Origin: Fistulifera solaris | Lineage: Eukaryota | Direction of reading: 5' to 3' | Assembly: GCA_030295235.1 (NCBI GenBank) | Contig: AP026126.1 | Location: 1,612,001-1,676,000, forward strand | DNA: 64,000 bases | Part shown: positions 10,067 through 22,654 of the stretch, in pieces | Position numbering within the stretch: the stretch's first letter is position 1 | Layout of the letters: every line of letters starts with the position of its first letter | The notes under the pieces: generated by a model | What the model was told of the DNA's origin: nothing | Database searches by the model: none | Seen by the model: only the letters and a program-made list of their open reading frames with translations | Program-made: the position numbers and the translations under genes

Positions 10067-12568
10067 ATGTCCGTTCCGCCACCTCCCCGCGGAATGCAAA
10101 CGATGTACTCGCCAAGCAGCTCATTGATTGTGCTGTTCTCGTCAAAAGGGAGAACATGGACCGCTCCTCCACAAAACGTTGCGCGATTTATCCAAGTACA
10201 TTGGCGGAGCTCCTTCTTCGGTAGACCAGAATGGAAGTTCCGGTAGTCACAGTGTCACATCCACCGAAGGAACTACCACCACGACAAGTACAAACAAAGG
10301 GACACGGAGTAAATTATCGCAATTCGGCAAAAGATTGTGGGCACGCTCAAACATTCGAGCGGAGCGGACGAGGAACCCGCCAAGCCGCCTCCCGTCGTCG
10401 GACGTGTCGTTCATGGAAGTGCTGACAAAGCGACGTGGCTCGCTGGTCATGAGCATGAAGGTGATTGGTGTGAAGAACATTTCTGTCAGGGCTGTGCCTG
10501 CAAGCAACGCCAAACAGTACTAAAGGCGCCGATGCCGGCGACGAATGTCACACGAATCCGTACAAAACCGGCATTTCATCGACCGGCGAATCCACAATCG
10601 GCTATGGTAGCCAATGGCTGGATCGAACAAGTACGTCGTAGTAAGATGCGGACGGTTTGGAAGGAAGTTTTGGCGTCGGTGGTGGAAGGGCGGAAACCGG
10701 GAGAAGAAACAACCTTGTGGATTCAACGTGAAGTTATCATAGACGGCAAAACAACTTTGGAGGCTTTACATCAGCTTCCAATACGGTGGATGCAAGAAGT
10801 GTTCTTTTGGGTGATATCGAAAACCGCTTCAGCATCAAGATATATCATTTGCCCGATGAGTTCATGTTCCGATGTCCGGACGCAGATGCGGCTCAAAACT
10901 GGGTGTTGACTCTGCGAAGTATGAAAGAAATTGTTCAGAGGCAAGGATCAGCGCCTCCTCCTCCTCCGAAAGTGACTCAAGAGCAACGGATGTACGATCA
11001 AGAGAAAAAGTGGTCGATCCTCGTTCAAGACCGACAGCGCCACACTCTCAGCAGGCTCCGCCTAGCCCTTCATCGTCCGCCCCTTCACAGCAACGACCAA
11101 CATCACCACCACAGGAAGGTTCGCCTAGAATGACAGTCAAAGAGTTACGAGCGATTGCGCATGGAGCGGGGATAAGCACGATTGGTATGGAACGGTCAGA
11201 ACTCGAAGCGATCGTCTTGAAAATCTCCAAAGGTCAGCTCGTAGCCGATGAAAAAGCAGCATCAGATGCTCCTGTCAATAAACAAAAAGTAACAGAATTA
11301 AGTCCCGATCACGATGTGTCGGATCGCGGACGATTTCCTGTACCCATTGAGCATTCTCCGAGCGATGAGGATGAAATGGCAGAGAAACAACGTGAAGAGG
11401 ATGAAATTGAAAAGGAAAGGGCCCGACAACGGCAATTTGAAAAGAGGAAGCGGCTAAACGTAAAGCACTGCGTGAAGAAGCTGAAAGACGAAAAGCCCGA
11501 GAAGAAGAAGCGAGAATACAAGCTGAAAAGGATGAGGAGGCGAGGCAGAGAGAACAACAAGAGATTCTTCAGAGGTCACTCGCAGAGAAAGTTAAGCGAC
11601 AACAAGAGCAAGAACGCAAACGGAAAGAAGAGGAAGAACGCAAGGTTATGGAAGCAGAACGTCTGAAGCGCGAAGACGAAGAGTACAAGCGTCGAGTTGC
11701 TGAATTGCATGCCGCCGACATGCGCAAGAAGCAAGAAGAAACCGCCCGCTTACAGCAAGAGCAGTACAAGCAGCAACAAGAAGCTTGGAAGAAACAGCAA
11801 CAGGCAGAAGCAGAGCGCTTGCGATTCGTGCAGCAGCAACAGGCGGAAGAGGCACGTCGACAGCATGAAGCATTTCTACGACAGCAACAAACACAACAGC
11901 AGCAACAACATCATCAGCAACAGCAGTACCAACAATGGCAACAAGCTCAACCAGGCCAACGTCCTCAGGCCGGACATCCGCAGTGGCAACATCCGCCACA
12001 AGGACAGCATCCTCAGTGGCAGCAACAAAACGGTTACCCTCCTAATCATCAATATCCTCATGGTGCACAAGTGCCTCAGCAAGGTCCAGGCCATCCAGGA
12101 CAGGCACCTCCGCCCCAAACTACGTCTCCGTTCAGCTCAAAATACGCAAATATGGCTAAACAGAACGAGACTGGGTCTATTGAAAAGCTTAAACATGGTA
12201 TCCTGGTTGAATGGGCCCTGCAACCGCCACATTTTCAAATATTAAGACCGATTGAAGACCTTCTCATGTCTATTCATGGAGTGTTCCCCCCGAGATTCGG
12301 GGTGCCCGCGCATGATTACTTTAGTAAATGGAGTCCAATCAAAAGGGATGACCTGAGCTTAGGGCCAAGCATGGGAAATCGTACCGATAGTGAAAAGCTG
12401 AATAAGATAGTCCGAAAGCAACTCCGCTTCTTTCTCCACCCCGACAAGCTGCCGAAAGACTTATCGGAAGGACAAGTTTATGTTTGCAAACTGCTGTGGG
12501 ATATTTGTAACGATGCGTGGGAGGAGCACAAAAAGCGGGAAGAAGAATTGGGTTGGATGCGCTCCTAG
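10067..12568 (+). CDS. PH-domain, coiled-coil/Q-rich protein with C-terminal auxilin-like J domain (multiple frameshifts)
   Basis: PH-like NGWIEQ...EFMFRCPDADAAQNWVLTLR; EF/KR coiled coil; polyQ tract; RPIEDLLMSIH...LRFFLHPDKLP J-like terminus with HPD motif. Pieces lie in overlapping ORFs 10128, 10337, 10786, 10872 and 11648. Confidence 0.65.
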
Positions 12569-12731
12569 AAACTTTATCGGCTTTTTCTCTTGAGACTACA
12601 GCTTTAGTATATGTAAATGCTGTCTCGGGGGCTGTAACCTGCATGTTACTTGTCATCAAAGATTTCTATAATATATGCGTTGATTTATGGTATCAAAGTC
12701 GAGGAAATGTTTTTTAGCAAGTTCATTAGAG

Positions 12732-14292
12732 CTATAACTGATCTTTGAAAGTCATGCGGCATTTAGCAGTACGAACAAACTCATCGGGTAGCACTCGCAA
12801 CCGTGGATAAAAGTCATAACCAAGCGTTTCTTCGTCGTCATTGCGTTTCGTAAGCTCGTGTCGGCCTGATAGAATTAATCGTCCTCGTTGATCATGCTCG
12901 AGGACAACCATTTCACAGTTTTTGGGATTTGCTAACAAATGAAATTGATCAATAGTGTATCGATAATACCTGGTCAATAACACACGAATCGCGATTCCAT
13001 GAGTAATGAGAACGTAATGACGACTCTTGTGGATGTCAAACGAACGCCACAGCGAATCCAGAAACGTTGAGATCCGATCAAACACATCGGCACCCGATTC
13101 ACCATTCGGAAAACGAAAGTAAAATGCTCCGAATTGAGCTCGCTCCTTTTGCACTGATCTACGACAGATGGTTTTTGATAATTTCCAAAGTCTTGCTCTC
13201 GAATTCGTGGATCCTCTCGCCAAGATAATCCCAGCTCAAGAAGTCGACTGTACCATGCCTTGAGACGGGCTTTTCGATCAACAATGTGACCAAATTCTTT
13301 TCCGGATCACACCACGCTGATAAGATGCCGTGAAACGTCTCTACAGTCCGCACATACGGACTAATGATAAAATGGACGTTGTTGGCGTCTCCTAGCAGTT
13401 GTTCTTTCAAGTGTTTCCCCGCAGTTCTGGCTTGTTCCCATCCCAATTCCGTGAGCGGCATGGCATTGTCGGGTGTAGTCGAGTAAAAATGTTCATCAAT
13501 ATTGCCCATCGATTGGCCGTGACGCAGAAGAATAAGTTTTTGTGGCATAATTTGTGCATTGTAGTGAGTGCGAGCGGCGCGATTTTGTAGCTGAATGGAA
13601 TGATGACTACCGTGTCGAGAGTGACGAATGTCGGTCGTTGATTGAGTATCGGTTCGTCGTACACTGGCTGTTTGGGGTATCGGCAATGATGATGAACGTG
13701 CCATCGGAGGATGTTGAGGGAGGGGAATATCTCTTTGTTGGTAAGGCGGTGTCGCCGCTGACGCCTTGACTGACAGCAAAGGGTGATCCCCATTGAGACT
13801 GCCGCCTATTTCCTCTATTTCATCATACGATCCAGAGACAGTTCGAAACAGACGCCGCTCGGCCTGCTTGGAGTATGGTTTGCGACTTGATGTTCCTGAA
13901 ACGACCGTAAGACTCTCTTCCTGATTGTATTTTTCGAAGTGAGACCAGTTAGACTGAAAAGGATAATGAGGACGATCTTCTGAAGACGAAGTCGACGATC
14001 CGTCACTATCCGTCCAGTAATCTGAGTTTTCTCGTTCCGAGACTTCGTGAAAGGACAATCGCTCTCGCCGCCTCTGCCGGTACAGTTGCTCCCATGTTGT
14101 TGTATCTTGTTTCCCGCGGCGAGATTCTTTTGTTACAGTATCTGGTATATAGGAGGGGAAGGATAGGATGCTGTCATTGTTTTGACGGCCGCGCCTTTGA
14201 TGCAGCCATTGCGAGAAAGCAGCGATTCCGACAAAGGCCGTCAACGATAAAGCATTGAGAATGAATTGATCATTGCCCTTTCCCGTGCTCAT
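12732..14292 (-). CDS. Histidine phosphatase (phosphoglycerate mutase-like) with N-terminal membrane anchor (frameshifted)
   Basis: LILLRHGQSMGN, ISPYVRT, FRFPNGESGADVFDR, LITHG; hydrophobic N-terminal segment. Confidence 0.85.
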
Positions 14293-14483
14293 ATTAATGA
14301 ATTACTAAGCGAAATTCAGGAATACTCCTATCGCATAACTCAATCAAAGAGCTTGTTAATTTTTCAAATGGATGACCTTTTTCTCTTACTACGCCACTAT
14401 GAAACGTTGCGCCAAAATAAATGAGCGCTTCATTTTCCCCGCGAGGTGAGCGGATACAAAAAGCGATCGACCGCTGGTTCCCG

Positions 14484-14993
14484 TCATGACTGCGAAACTT
14501 TGTATGCGTATTTACTATAGACAATAGTGTTGTCTGGTTTTCGCCACGACTGCACTTCAGTCATGACTACATATGCTTTGGAGCGACCATGCTGCCTACA
14601 ATACCAGGTACAAGTACGTTCGTTTAGCAGATTTTTTGTTTTGTTTTGAAACCATTTGTCGTTATTGCAGTGAAATAGGCTTTAGCAGTGTTTGTACTAC
14701 CCGCCTTAATATTTGTAGGTCGAAAAGCCTTGCGAAACGTTGTCTGCGTATTTACTATAGACAGTAGTGTTGGCCGTTTTGTTGGAAAGGGTGTTTACCT
14801 TCGAGTTTCTCGCATCGGTCATGGTCGAAGTTCTGGCGCAAATTCAATGCATACACTTTAAAAACCTGAAAGTTGCTGTTTCCTCAATTTCTGACTTCTA
14901 AAAGGTGAAAAATTCCCTCAATGCTGCAAATCTATTTCTGACTATAGCCCGAAGTGTTGTCTGTTTTTCGCCATGACTGAATGTCAGTCACGA
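14484..14993 (+). repeat. Dispersed promoter-proximal repeat, locus A (three direct units)
   Basis: tgcgaaacNttgtNtgcgtatttactatagacaNtagtgttg at 14491-14532 and 14731-14772 (240 bp apart); third unit at 14941-14993. Cores CCACGACTGCACTTCAGTCATGA (14544-14566) and CCATGACTGAATGTCAGTCACGA (14971-14993). Confidence 0.85.
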
Positions 14994-15149
14994 GGCACGT
15001 GTCCGACCTCTTTTTATTGGTGCACTGCCTCTTCACCATTATTTAGGCAACTACATCCGTGTCAAGGCTTCTTCGGATGAAAGGTCTTGCATATTTATTC
15101 AATAAACAAAGCATTTAGCAGCATCGCATTAATCTAACGTCATTTCACA

Positions 15150-18090
15150 ATGTCACAAGTACACAGCAACCAGCAGAATGAAGCAAAAGATTCTGTCCCG
15201 ACCGCTCATTATCCGCCGATGGTATCTTCGAGTTCTCCTTCATCGCGCTTTCCTTCCATGCAATTAAACAGTATTCGAGGCACTACAGCTACCACTGCTA
15301 ATGTTGTAGAAGACAAGACCCGAAGTATACCGAAGCAACAAGTTCAATTTTGCGATTACGATCAACTCGCGGTGATTAATTGTCACCCAGAATCATCATC
15401 TTCGCGCAGAACGGCCCCGTTCTCATGGAATGGAAGCAAGTAGTATTCAATGAGAACGGAAAACTATTTGATGTTCAAACTAGGAAACAGTCTCGCGGAA
15501 ATCCCAGTCTCGGACTCAGTGTTAGCTCGACCTGTTTAGATGTTTTGAGCACAAAAGTAAGTGCGACCGGGCTGACCACCGGTGCTCTTTGTTTGCATTC
15601 CTTCGACACGGGTACCGTCGAATATTATCATTTACCGCGCAATCATCGCCCTGCTACTGCCGTCGCCTGTCATGGTGGACATCAAATTGCGGTGGGATTG
15701 ATGGGAAATGTCACCAACAATCATCATCATCCGAGGGCATCCAGTATGGCGAGCGGGGGCATGACTACGATCGGTCAGGGCACCAACCTTCCTACCGGAG
15801 CACAAGCGAGTGACCGCGACTACGGAGCATTCGTTTGGGAGCCACCTCGCAAAACACCCGTGTACAAATTATCACATCAACTCGGTGTGACGGCCTTGCA
15901 TTGGTTGGATGCGAGTTTGCTCGTGGGGAATCGCCATCAGTGGCAATGGTATGATTTAAGGCAGCGCCAACCGGTGAGTGTGGTGAATGCCAAAGTTTCG
16001 CATTTGACCTCATTGAGCGCGGATGCGAATCGAAACAGTCACTTGGTGATCTCCAGTCACCAATCCATAGTCCAATTGTGGGATACGCGGAGACTCGCGA
16101 CACCCGTCAGCGAAATCAAGGTATCGTTCCCTTCGGGTAGTAATGACGAAGTCACTGGCTTACAAGTCATACCCTACAGCGAGCAATTGTTCTTGCTGAC
16201 CGATGAATCACTCTTGGAATACAATTTGAACAACACCAGTCGTCCTGTACACGTGAACACAATTACCAGTCGTTCACAACGCATGGTGGATTTTGCTTTG
16301 TATCCCTTTGCATCTGCGGAAACAGGTGAATCCGAGGAATTGACTCCAAATCAGCGAGCTGTTTTTCAGCTTTTCCCGAATCGAGTTGTTGCGATTGTCG
16401 ATGAAAATGACAACAATCAGAACCGAAATTACGAGAACAGCAATCAAAAGAAAAGTACGATTCAAACGTTGGCTCGCCAACCACTGGCTCCCCTAGCATG
16501 GTCACAGCGCCAGCTAGTACATGGTTTTGGTCGAACATTATGGGCTGACAATAATGCCAGCAACAACAAGGACATTGATGACAACCTACTTACTTGGAAA
16601 TTTACGTTGCAACCAATGCATAACATAGAGTTGCTCCGCAATCATCCGCCGCAAAATAGTCAACTAAGCCAAGAACGACATGATGCGCTCCTTCGTGTGT
16701 GGCATTGGTTGGAGCGGGTCGAAGACATGGAAGAGAGTAAACCAATCAACCACGCTGGAGTTAGCGATTCTCTTCTTTTAACAAAGATACTTCCTCGGAA
16801 ATGCAATCTTTCTCGGAAGAACTGGGCTGTCCCATTTTCGAGAGTAAAGACAGGCTAGATGTTTTAGATAATTGTGGATGGGCTGGGAAGTATGATTTGT
16901 TCAACGTGCTGGGTCAATGCGAAGCAATGCAAGCATACGAAAGAGCGGCGGCGTTGGCTATCTGGCATGGAGATCTTGGTGCAGCAGTCGATACCTTGCA
17001 ACGCGGGGCACAAGTCTTGCGTGATTCCGCTGATAGCTGCGAGAAAAACTCTGCTTACGCTGAATTACTAGATCTTGCAGCAATTTCTGTAGCGGGATAT
17101 CGAGGGGACTTTGAGTCGGCCAAATCATCGGTATGGCGAAGAACTTGCGCAAACTTGCTAAAGCGTCGTGGGTTCGAGGAAACTAGAGCTGCGTACGTGA
17201 AGAGTGCTCTAAGATTTCTTATTGCATTGGATAATCAGCAGGTGGTCCACGATGCCACATTGAGTTTAGCAGATCGAGTTGCTTTCTGTTGCCGATTCGC
17301 AGAACAAAGTGATTTGAAGAAATTTCTTGAAAACACGATAAATCATTGTAAAGAGACGGGCAATATTGAGGGTGTTACTATTACAGGAATATCAAAGGAT
17401 GGAATTGAAATCATCCAAGCCTACGTGGACCGGTACGCCGATGTCGCGACTGCAGCCATTATTACCAGTCGGGTGATTCTCCCCCCTGAGTGGACGACCG
17501 AGCGGCGTGTTTGCACGGAATGGTTGGAATCCTTCCGTTCCATTCTGAACTCATGTCAAATGTGGCAAACGAGAGCCATTTTTGATGTGGACCGTAGCGA
17601 ATTGCTGCGTCGCTTTAAAGCACGACTGATGCCTGCACTCTCAAACTCACGTCGCGCCATACCAATGCGTCGGTCGAAGGGACCCGATCCCGACGTTCAC
17701 GTTGCTATTCCTTCGCAGCTGGATGCACGCTGTAATTACTGCAATTCTTCGCTTGGACTTAAGAATCAAGACGGGGCTCCCAACCAATGGCTCTCTAAAA
17801 TGAAACCAGTGCTATCATGCTGCCCAACATGCCGAAAGCCCCTTCCTCGCTGCTCGATTTGTATGCTATCACTGGGAGTACTAAATCCTTTTGTTGAGCT
17901 GACAAAGGATCGATCGAAGAACGCAGACTCGCAGTCCCTTGGTAGCCTACCGTTCGCGGAATGGTTCACATGGTGCATGAGATGCAAACATGGCGGGCAT
18001 GCCCATCACCTCGTTGGCTGGTTTTCTAAGCACAATGTATGCCCCGTGAGTGACTGTGATTGTAACTGCCAGTTTGATGGTAGTAGTTAA
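15150..18090 (+). CDS. MIOS: GATOR2/SEA complex subunit MIOS (Sea4): WD40, solenoid, Zn-ribbon/RING (frameshifts)
   Basis: YERAAALAIWHG, LSLADRVAFCCRF, GNIEGVTITG, YVDRYADVATAA, CPTCRKPLPRCSIC, WFTWCMRCKHGGHAHHLVGWFSKHNVCPVSDCDCNC. Confidence 0.9.
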
Positions 18091-18287
18091 TGTACTTGTA
18101 CGTCCATGGAATACACATTATCATTTCCAAGAAGGTACTGTGGAAAAGGCGTGATGATTGAACGAGATGTGTCGGCAATCGATAATTTCCGAGACTGCGG
18201 GTGTTAACTACAACAGGTATTTGGTCGTCCTTGAAAGACGCACTCATAGAGCAATTTTCCTAATGGAGCAAAGAAGCCCCAAAGCAC

Positions 18288-19595
18288 TTATCTCGTGCGA
18301 GTGTTTTGTTGTAGCTTCGTACCCTGTACTCGCCGTGCTGCGTGTTCCAAGTGGCTCTGAGATACTATGGAAGAGTCTTCCCGAATCGCCAGCAAAGCAG
18401 CTTCGTTCACCATGTTCCTTAAATCTGCCCCAGATAACCTGTCTGTATCATTCGCTAGTGCATTCCAGTCAATGTCCGCGTCATGTCGTATCTTTTTCGC
18501 GTGTATCTGAAGTATTGCTTTTCTTCCCATAGCGTCTGGATAGCCCACATATACTTGCCGTTCGAATCTGCGTAATATCGCCGGATCCAATACATCAGCA
18601 CGGTTCGTGGCTGCCATGACAACCACGGTTACTTCATTAGTATCACGATCAAATCCATCCATTTCAATCAAGAGTTGGTTCAGTGTCTGCTCACGCTCAT
18701 CGTTACTATTGAATTGAGACCGATTTTTGGCCAGCGCGTCTAGTTCGTCCAAGAATAAAATGGCAGTTGGTTTACGGCGACAAGACCATCGACCACTCTG
18801 CCTTTTCGCTTTCTCACGCAGATCACGAAACAATCGACGGACGCGCGCTGCTCCGCGACCGACGTACATCTCCACAAAGTCGCTTGCAGAACAAGCCATG
18901 AAACAGTCTACCCCCGATTCCCCAGCGACCGCTTGTGCTACCAAGGTCTTTCCGGAGCCTGGTGGTCCATGCAACAGAATTGCTCCCGGTAAACGCGCCC
19001 CAAGTTGTTCGAAATGAGATGGATTTCTCAAATAAGAGACCACCTCTGATACTTCTTGAACCACATGATCGATCCCGGCAACATCATTGAACGTAATTTT
19101 TGAGGAATTTTTGTCCTTGAGTGGGTTAAAAGACCCATCTCGCATGGAGTTGTTCAACATCCGATAGACCATGGCCAAATAAACAAACGGTAAAGCAGTT
19201 AAAGCAGGCGTCGCCAATCGACTTATCCACGATTCCGGTAACGTTGATACTTCGGTGTTCGATAATGCTTTCAGAATGTTATCTTGCATACCATTCGTCA
19301 AATTCGAGCGATGCCAGCCTTTTTGTTTGATCAGAAAATAAACGATTCGACCAGTTGAAGAGAGAAGCGCTTTTTCGATTACTCCTTCTGGGGCTGATCG
19401 ATACAACAGTGACACAGGGGCATCTTTTGAGTTCAAGTAGGCCGGCTTTGGCCTAAGGCGCAGATAAAGAGTAAACAGAACCGCCGCAACGACCGCAATC
19501 CCCGATTTACCGACATTGCTTGCCCATAATCTTCGTAACCTCTTCCGTAAGCGATGTGTCCATGGATCTACATCTTTCTCCGCGTCAAATACCAT
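18288..19595 (-). CDS. FtsH-like membrane AAA+ ATPase lacking the M41 protease domain
   Basis: Two TM segments, TFNDVAGID, Walker A GPPGSGKT, pore loop FVEMYVG, Walker B LFLDELD, DEREQTLNQLLIEMDGFD. Ends after the AAA lid with no HExxH. Confidence 0.85.
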   Translation of the reverse strand: MVFDAEKDVDPWTHRLRKRLRRLWASNVGKSGIAVVAAVLFTLYLRLRPKPAYLNSKDAPVSLLYRSAPEGVIEKALLSSTGRIVYFLIKQKGWHRSNLTNGMQDNILKALSNTEVSTLPESWISRLATPALTALPFVYLAMVYRMLNNSMRDGSFNPLKDKNSSKITFNDVAGIDHVVQEVSEVVSYLRNPSHFEQLGARLPGAILLHGPPGSGKTLVAQAVAGESGVDCFMACSASDFVEMYVGRGAARVRRLFRDLREKAKRQSGRWSCRRKPTAILFLDELDALAKNRSQFNSNDEREQTLNQLLIEMDGFDRDTNEVTVVVMAATNRADVLDPAILRRFERQVYVGYPDAMGRKAILQIHAKKIRHDADIDWNALANDTDRLSGADLRNMVNEAALLAIREDSSIVSQSHLEHAARRVQGTKLQQNTRTR

Positions 19596-19677
19596 TTCCT
19601 TATTTTGTTCAGAATCTGATAGTCGATTTAAAAGTAAGGCTTAGAGCAGAGATGCTATGTGGCATTTTTATGTTTTG

Positions 19678-20113
19678 TTATCTTTGTTTCTTGCAATGAA
19701 AAACAATCAACGAAGGCGCCATGATGTTCGGACTTCGGACGGTCGACCACTTCCGGGACTGAGAATTTTTTAGTCGTTGCAGCCTAATTTTTACGAGAAA
19801 GAAAATAAACATTAAAGACGCGACTGCCTGCAATGAATTGGACGCGAGAAAGAAAATATGTTGTATCGGTGTTCCTAAAATCGAAATGCAACCCACATAA
19901 ATGAGCATCAACAATGGTAACACTACAATCATGAGTAAAAAACACACTTGTTCCAACGTTGCCACTAGCTACAGCGACGATGATGATGATGATGATATTC
20001 AAGTAGGCTGTGTCATTCACTGTTAAGGTTAAGGCTATTGAAAATTGTGTCTGTAGAGGTGTTGTGACGTTGTGACCGGGACTGATCTTTACGTAGAAGG
20101 TAGAAGATGACAC
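19678..20113 (-). CDS. Possible small hydrophobic membrane protein (uncertain)
   Basis: Two overlapping minus-strand ORFs (19678-19965, 19784-20113) with hydrophobic stretches; no recognisable family. Confidence 0.2.
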
Positions 20114-20584
20114 AAGACTACTTTTTAGTATATACTTTTTGTAAGAACGTTTGGAGTTTAGAGTTTAGAACTGAAGAACTGACCTCAGCATCATCGTAGT
20201 CATCGTAGTAGTGTACTGTTTATCATATCTATGCGCAGTCTGTAGTCCACGAATGCAGGCTACTAGGACTTAGTGCAGGCTGCAGGTTGTGCATTGTACA
20301 CGGGAAACGGAAAACTCCGTGTTCTGTGGTTCTGCGTTAGAAATGTGTGTCCGCGTCAGCGAAACTCCGCGGTCCTGTACTTTTCATTGCACTGTGCACG
20401 ATGCTCTGCATTTCAGCCATCTGCCAGCTCCGTCACCTTCCCACAACATCATGACCACATCATCTTTATCATCTCATAAAAGGGACACGTCCACCCATCA
20501 AATAAATGATTGAAAGTCGAGCATTCAATCCATAATTCGCTCGCTTTCATAAAAATCAACACACAAATAAAGGTATCAACAACC

Positions 20585-21205
20585 ATGATGACTCCATCAG
20601 TACCCAAGAACGATGTGCTCGTCAAATCCGTGGATGAAAGCGTCGAAACGGAACAGCCATCGACTTTGGTGAGACGAATTCTTTTCGATACGGAAATTCT
20701 CAAAAGTAAGCGACGAGACATGTTTGCTGTGAATGACAACGTGGAGGAATGGATGGAAAACTATGACATGGAGAAGATCACGGCTATCCGAGAAAACAAT
20801 CTGGAAAAGCTTCGTTTCATCTTGGACAATGGTGGGAATTTCAATGCTTGCAATCGGAATGGCGAGACAATCTTACATCTAGCATGCCGGCGCGGTAACC
20901 TTGATGTTGTCAGATTCCTTGTGGACGAAGCTCAAGTTGAAATCGAAGTGCAAGATGACTTAGGAAGATCTGTTTTACATGACATTTGTTGGAGACCGTT
21001 TCCTGACTTCGAATTGATGGCATTTATTATGGGGAAAGTGCCTCCTGCGTTCCTATTATGTGAAGATCGACGGGGGCACACATGTTTCGACTACTGCCGG
21101 AAACAAGATTGGAGTCAGTGGAATCGATTCCTGCAACTGCATGCGAGATCTCTTCAACGGCGCGCTTCCTTGTACAACATGATCGGCCTGATTGCGAAAG
21201 ACTAA
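20585..21205 (+). CDS. Ankyrin repeat protein
   Basis: NACNRNGETILHLACRRGNLDVVRFLV, QDDLGRSVLHDICW, EDRRGHTCFDY. Confidence 0.9.
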   Translation: MMTPSVPKNDVLVKSVDESVETEQPSTLVRRILFDTEILKSKRRDMFAVNDNVEEWMENYDMEKITAIRENNLEKLRFILDNGGNFNACNRNGETILHLACRRGNLDVVRFLVDEAQVEIEVQDDLGRSVLHDICWRPFPDFELMAFIMGKVPPAFLLCEDRRGHTCFDYCRKQDWSQWNRFLQLHARSLQRRASLYNMIGLIAKD

Positions 21206-21842
21206 TGAGATGTGAAGGACTCACGATTATAGAAATAGACTTTTCATAAACCAGATTAAAGCATATATTTCAAAGCACAAACAAGCATGGAAGGAACCTT
21301 GGTGAGGGACAAAATACTCTACAAGTTCATAATAATTGCAGATACAAAGTATAGAAGAGCTCGCCAACTCAGAGCAGTGCTCTGTGCGGAGCTGTCCCTT
21401 TTAGACTCTCCGTACCAGCTCAGAAATCGGTACCGGTACCGTACCTGGTTCATTCGTCATGATGGACACGTGGCCATGGGTTTGGTGGCACGAATGAGGG
21501 GTCAGGTGTGCTGATCCTGATGTTGATGTGGAAAGAGGCGGAGAATAAGTAACTCCGTAATAAACTTGCTGATGCATGTGACAGAAATAACGTGACTAAA
21601 TTAATGGCAGCGAAACGAAACGTAAAAGAATTTATCATAAAAAGAGATTCGAGACACGAATTGTTACCTAACTCGACACGGGATCCACTAGGAATAAACT
21701 ATTCACGAATAAAGAACTTTGCTGAATAAATCGACGAAGACAACGCACGACTTGACAAATAAAGTGAAAATGATGATAAGAGGTAACAACGCTCCGAATA
21801 TACTTGCTTATAATCCCTGTTATCCGTCAGTACACTCTTCAT

Positions 21843-22505
21843 ATGGCTGTGTATTACATGCATAAGTATGAGCTTCCATCATCATTGGCTCTGTACATCA
21901 TTCGTGGATCTGTCTTGGATTTCGCATCAAAGAATGGAGCAATTGTCAACGCAGCGAACGAAGGATGTTTGGGAGGTGGTGGTGTAGACGGTGCGATTAC
22001 GACAGCAGGCGGGCGGAAATTAGCGAAAGACCGCAGGAAGTTGAAACTGATAAAGAAGGGAATCCGTTGTCTCACTGGAGATGCTGTAATCACTGGACCA
22101 AACGAGTACGGCAAAATCCAAACACCATACGTAATTCATGCCGTGGGTCCCAACTATTGGGAGCATTCCGACAGTGAAGCTGCTCATGATTTGCTTAAAC
22201 GAGCATATCAAGCCTCACTGCAACTAGCCGATGATCATGGATTGACAGAGATCGCTTTCCCTCTCCTCTCTGCTGGGGTTTTTCGTGCATCGATACCTCT
22301 TTCCGTGATCTTAAAAAATGCTGTTGCTGGTATCAGCGGATGGAGGAAGGATGGAAGTACTTCACTCGAGAAAGTACTATTATATGCGTTTACACCGGAG
22401 GAATGCGATGAACTCCGAATGGTCTGTGATGCTTTGCTGGGGAAGGGAAGTACCGACACGCAAAACACGCTTTCGGAACCCGCCGACCCCATGGATACCA
22501 ACTAA
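21843..22505 (+). CDS. Macrodomain protein (MacroD-type ADP-ribose hydrolase)
   Basis: AIVNAANEGCLGGGGVDGAI, VIHAVGP, IAFPLLSAGVF. Confidence 0.9.
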   Translation: MAVYYMHKYELPSSLALYIIRGSVLDFASKNGAIVNAANEGCLGGGGVDGAITTAGGRKLAKDRRKLKLIKKGIRCLTGDAVITGPNEYGKIQTPYVIHAVGPNYWEHSDSEAAHDLLKRAYQASLQLADDHGLTEIAFPLLSAGVFRASIPLSVILKNAVAGISGWRKDGSTSLEKVLLYAFTPEECDELRMVCDALLGKGSTDTQNTLSEPADPMDTN

Positions 22506-22654
22506 ACATCGTTTACCTAATCTAAAGCAATGGAAATGCTTTGTTTATTGGCTTACAGTACTTTGTATACTTTGTTGTGGGGCATTGTTACCTTATAAAG
22601 TGCTTTCCCTTCTTGAGTAAAGAGACACATCGACCACACGAAGAGTGTGCGTCT

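Noticed and set aside
14484..14993. CRISPR-like array reading of the spaced direct repeats
   Set aside because: Only 2-3 degenerate copies per locus, ~200-bp intervening DNA that is homologous between loci rather than unique, no cas genes, eukaryotic context.
21770..21830. Possible upstream exon/intron of the macrodomain gene
   Set aside because: GT(21783)-AG(21830) splicing is out of frame with the macrodomain ORF.
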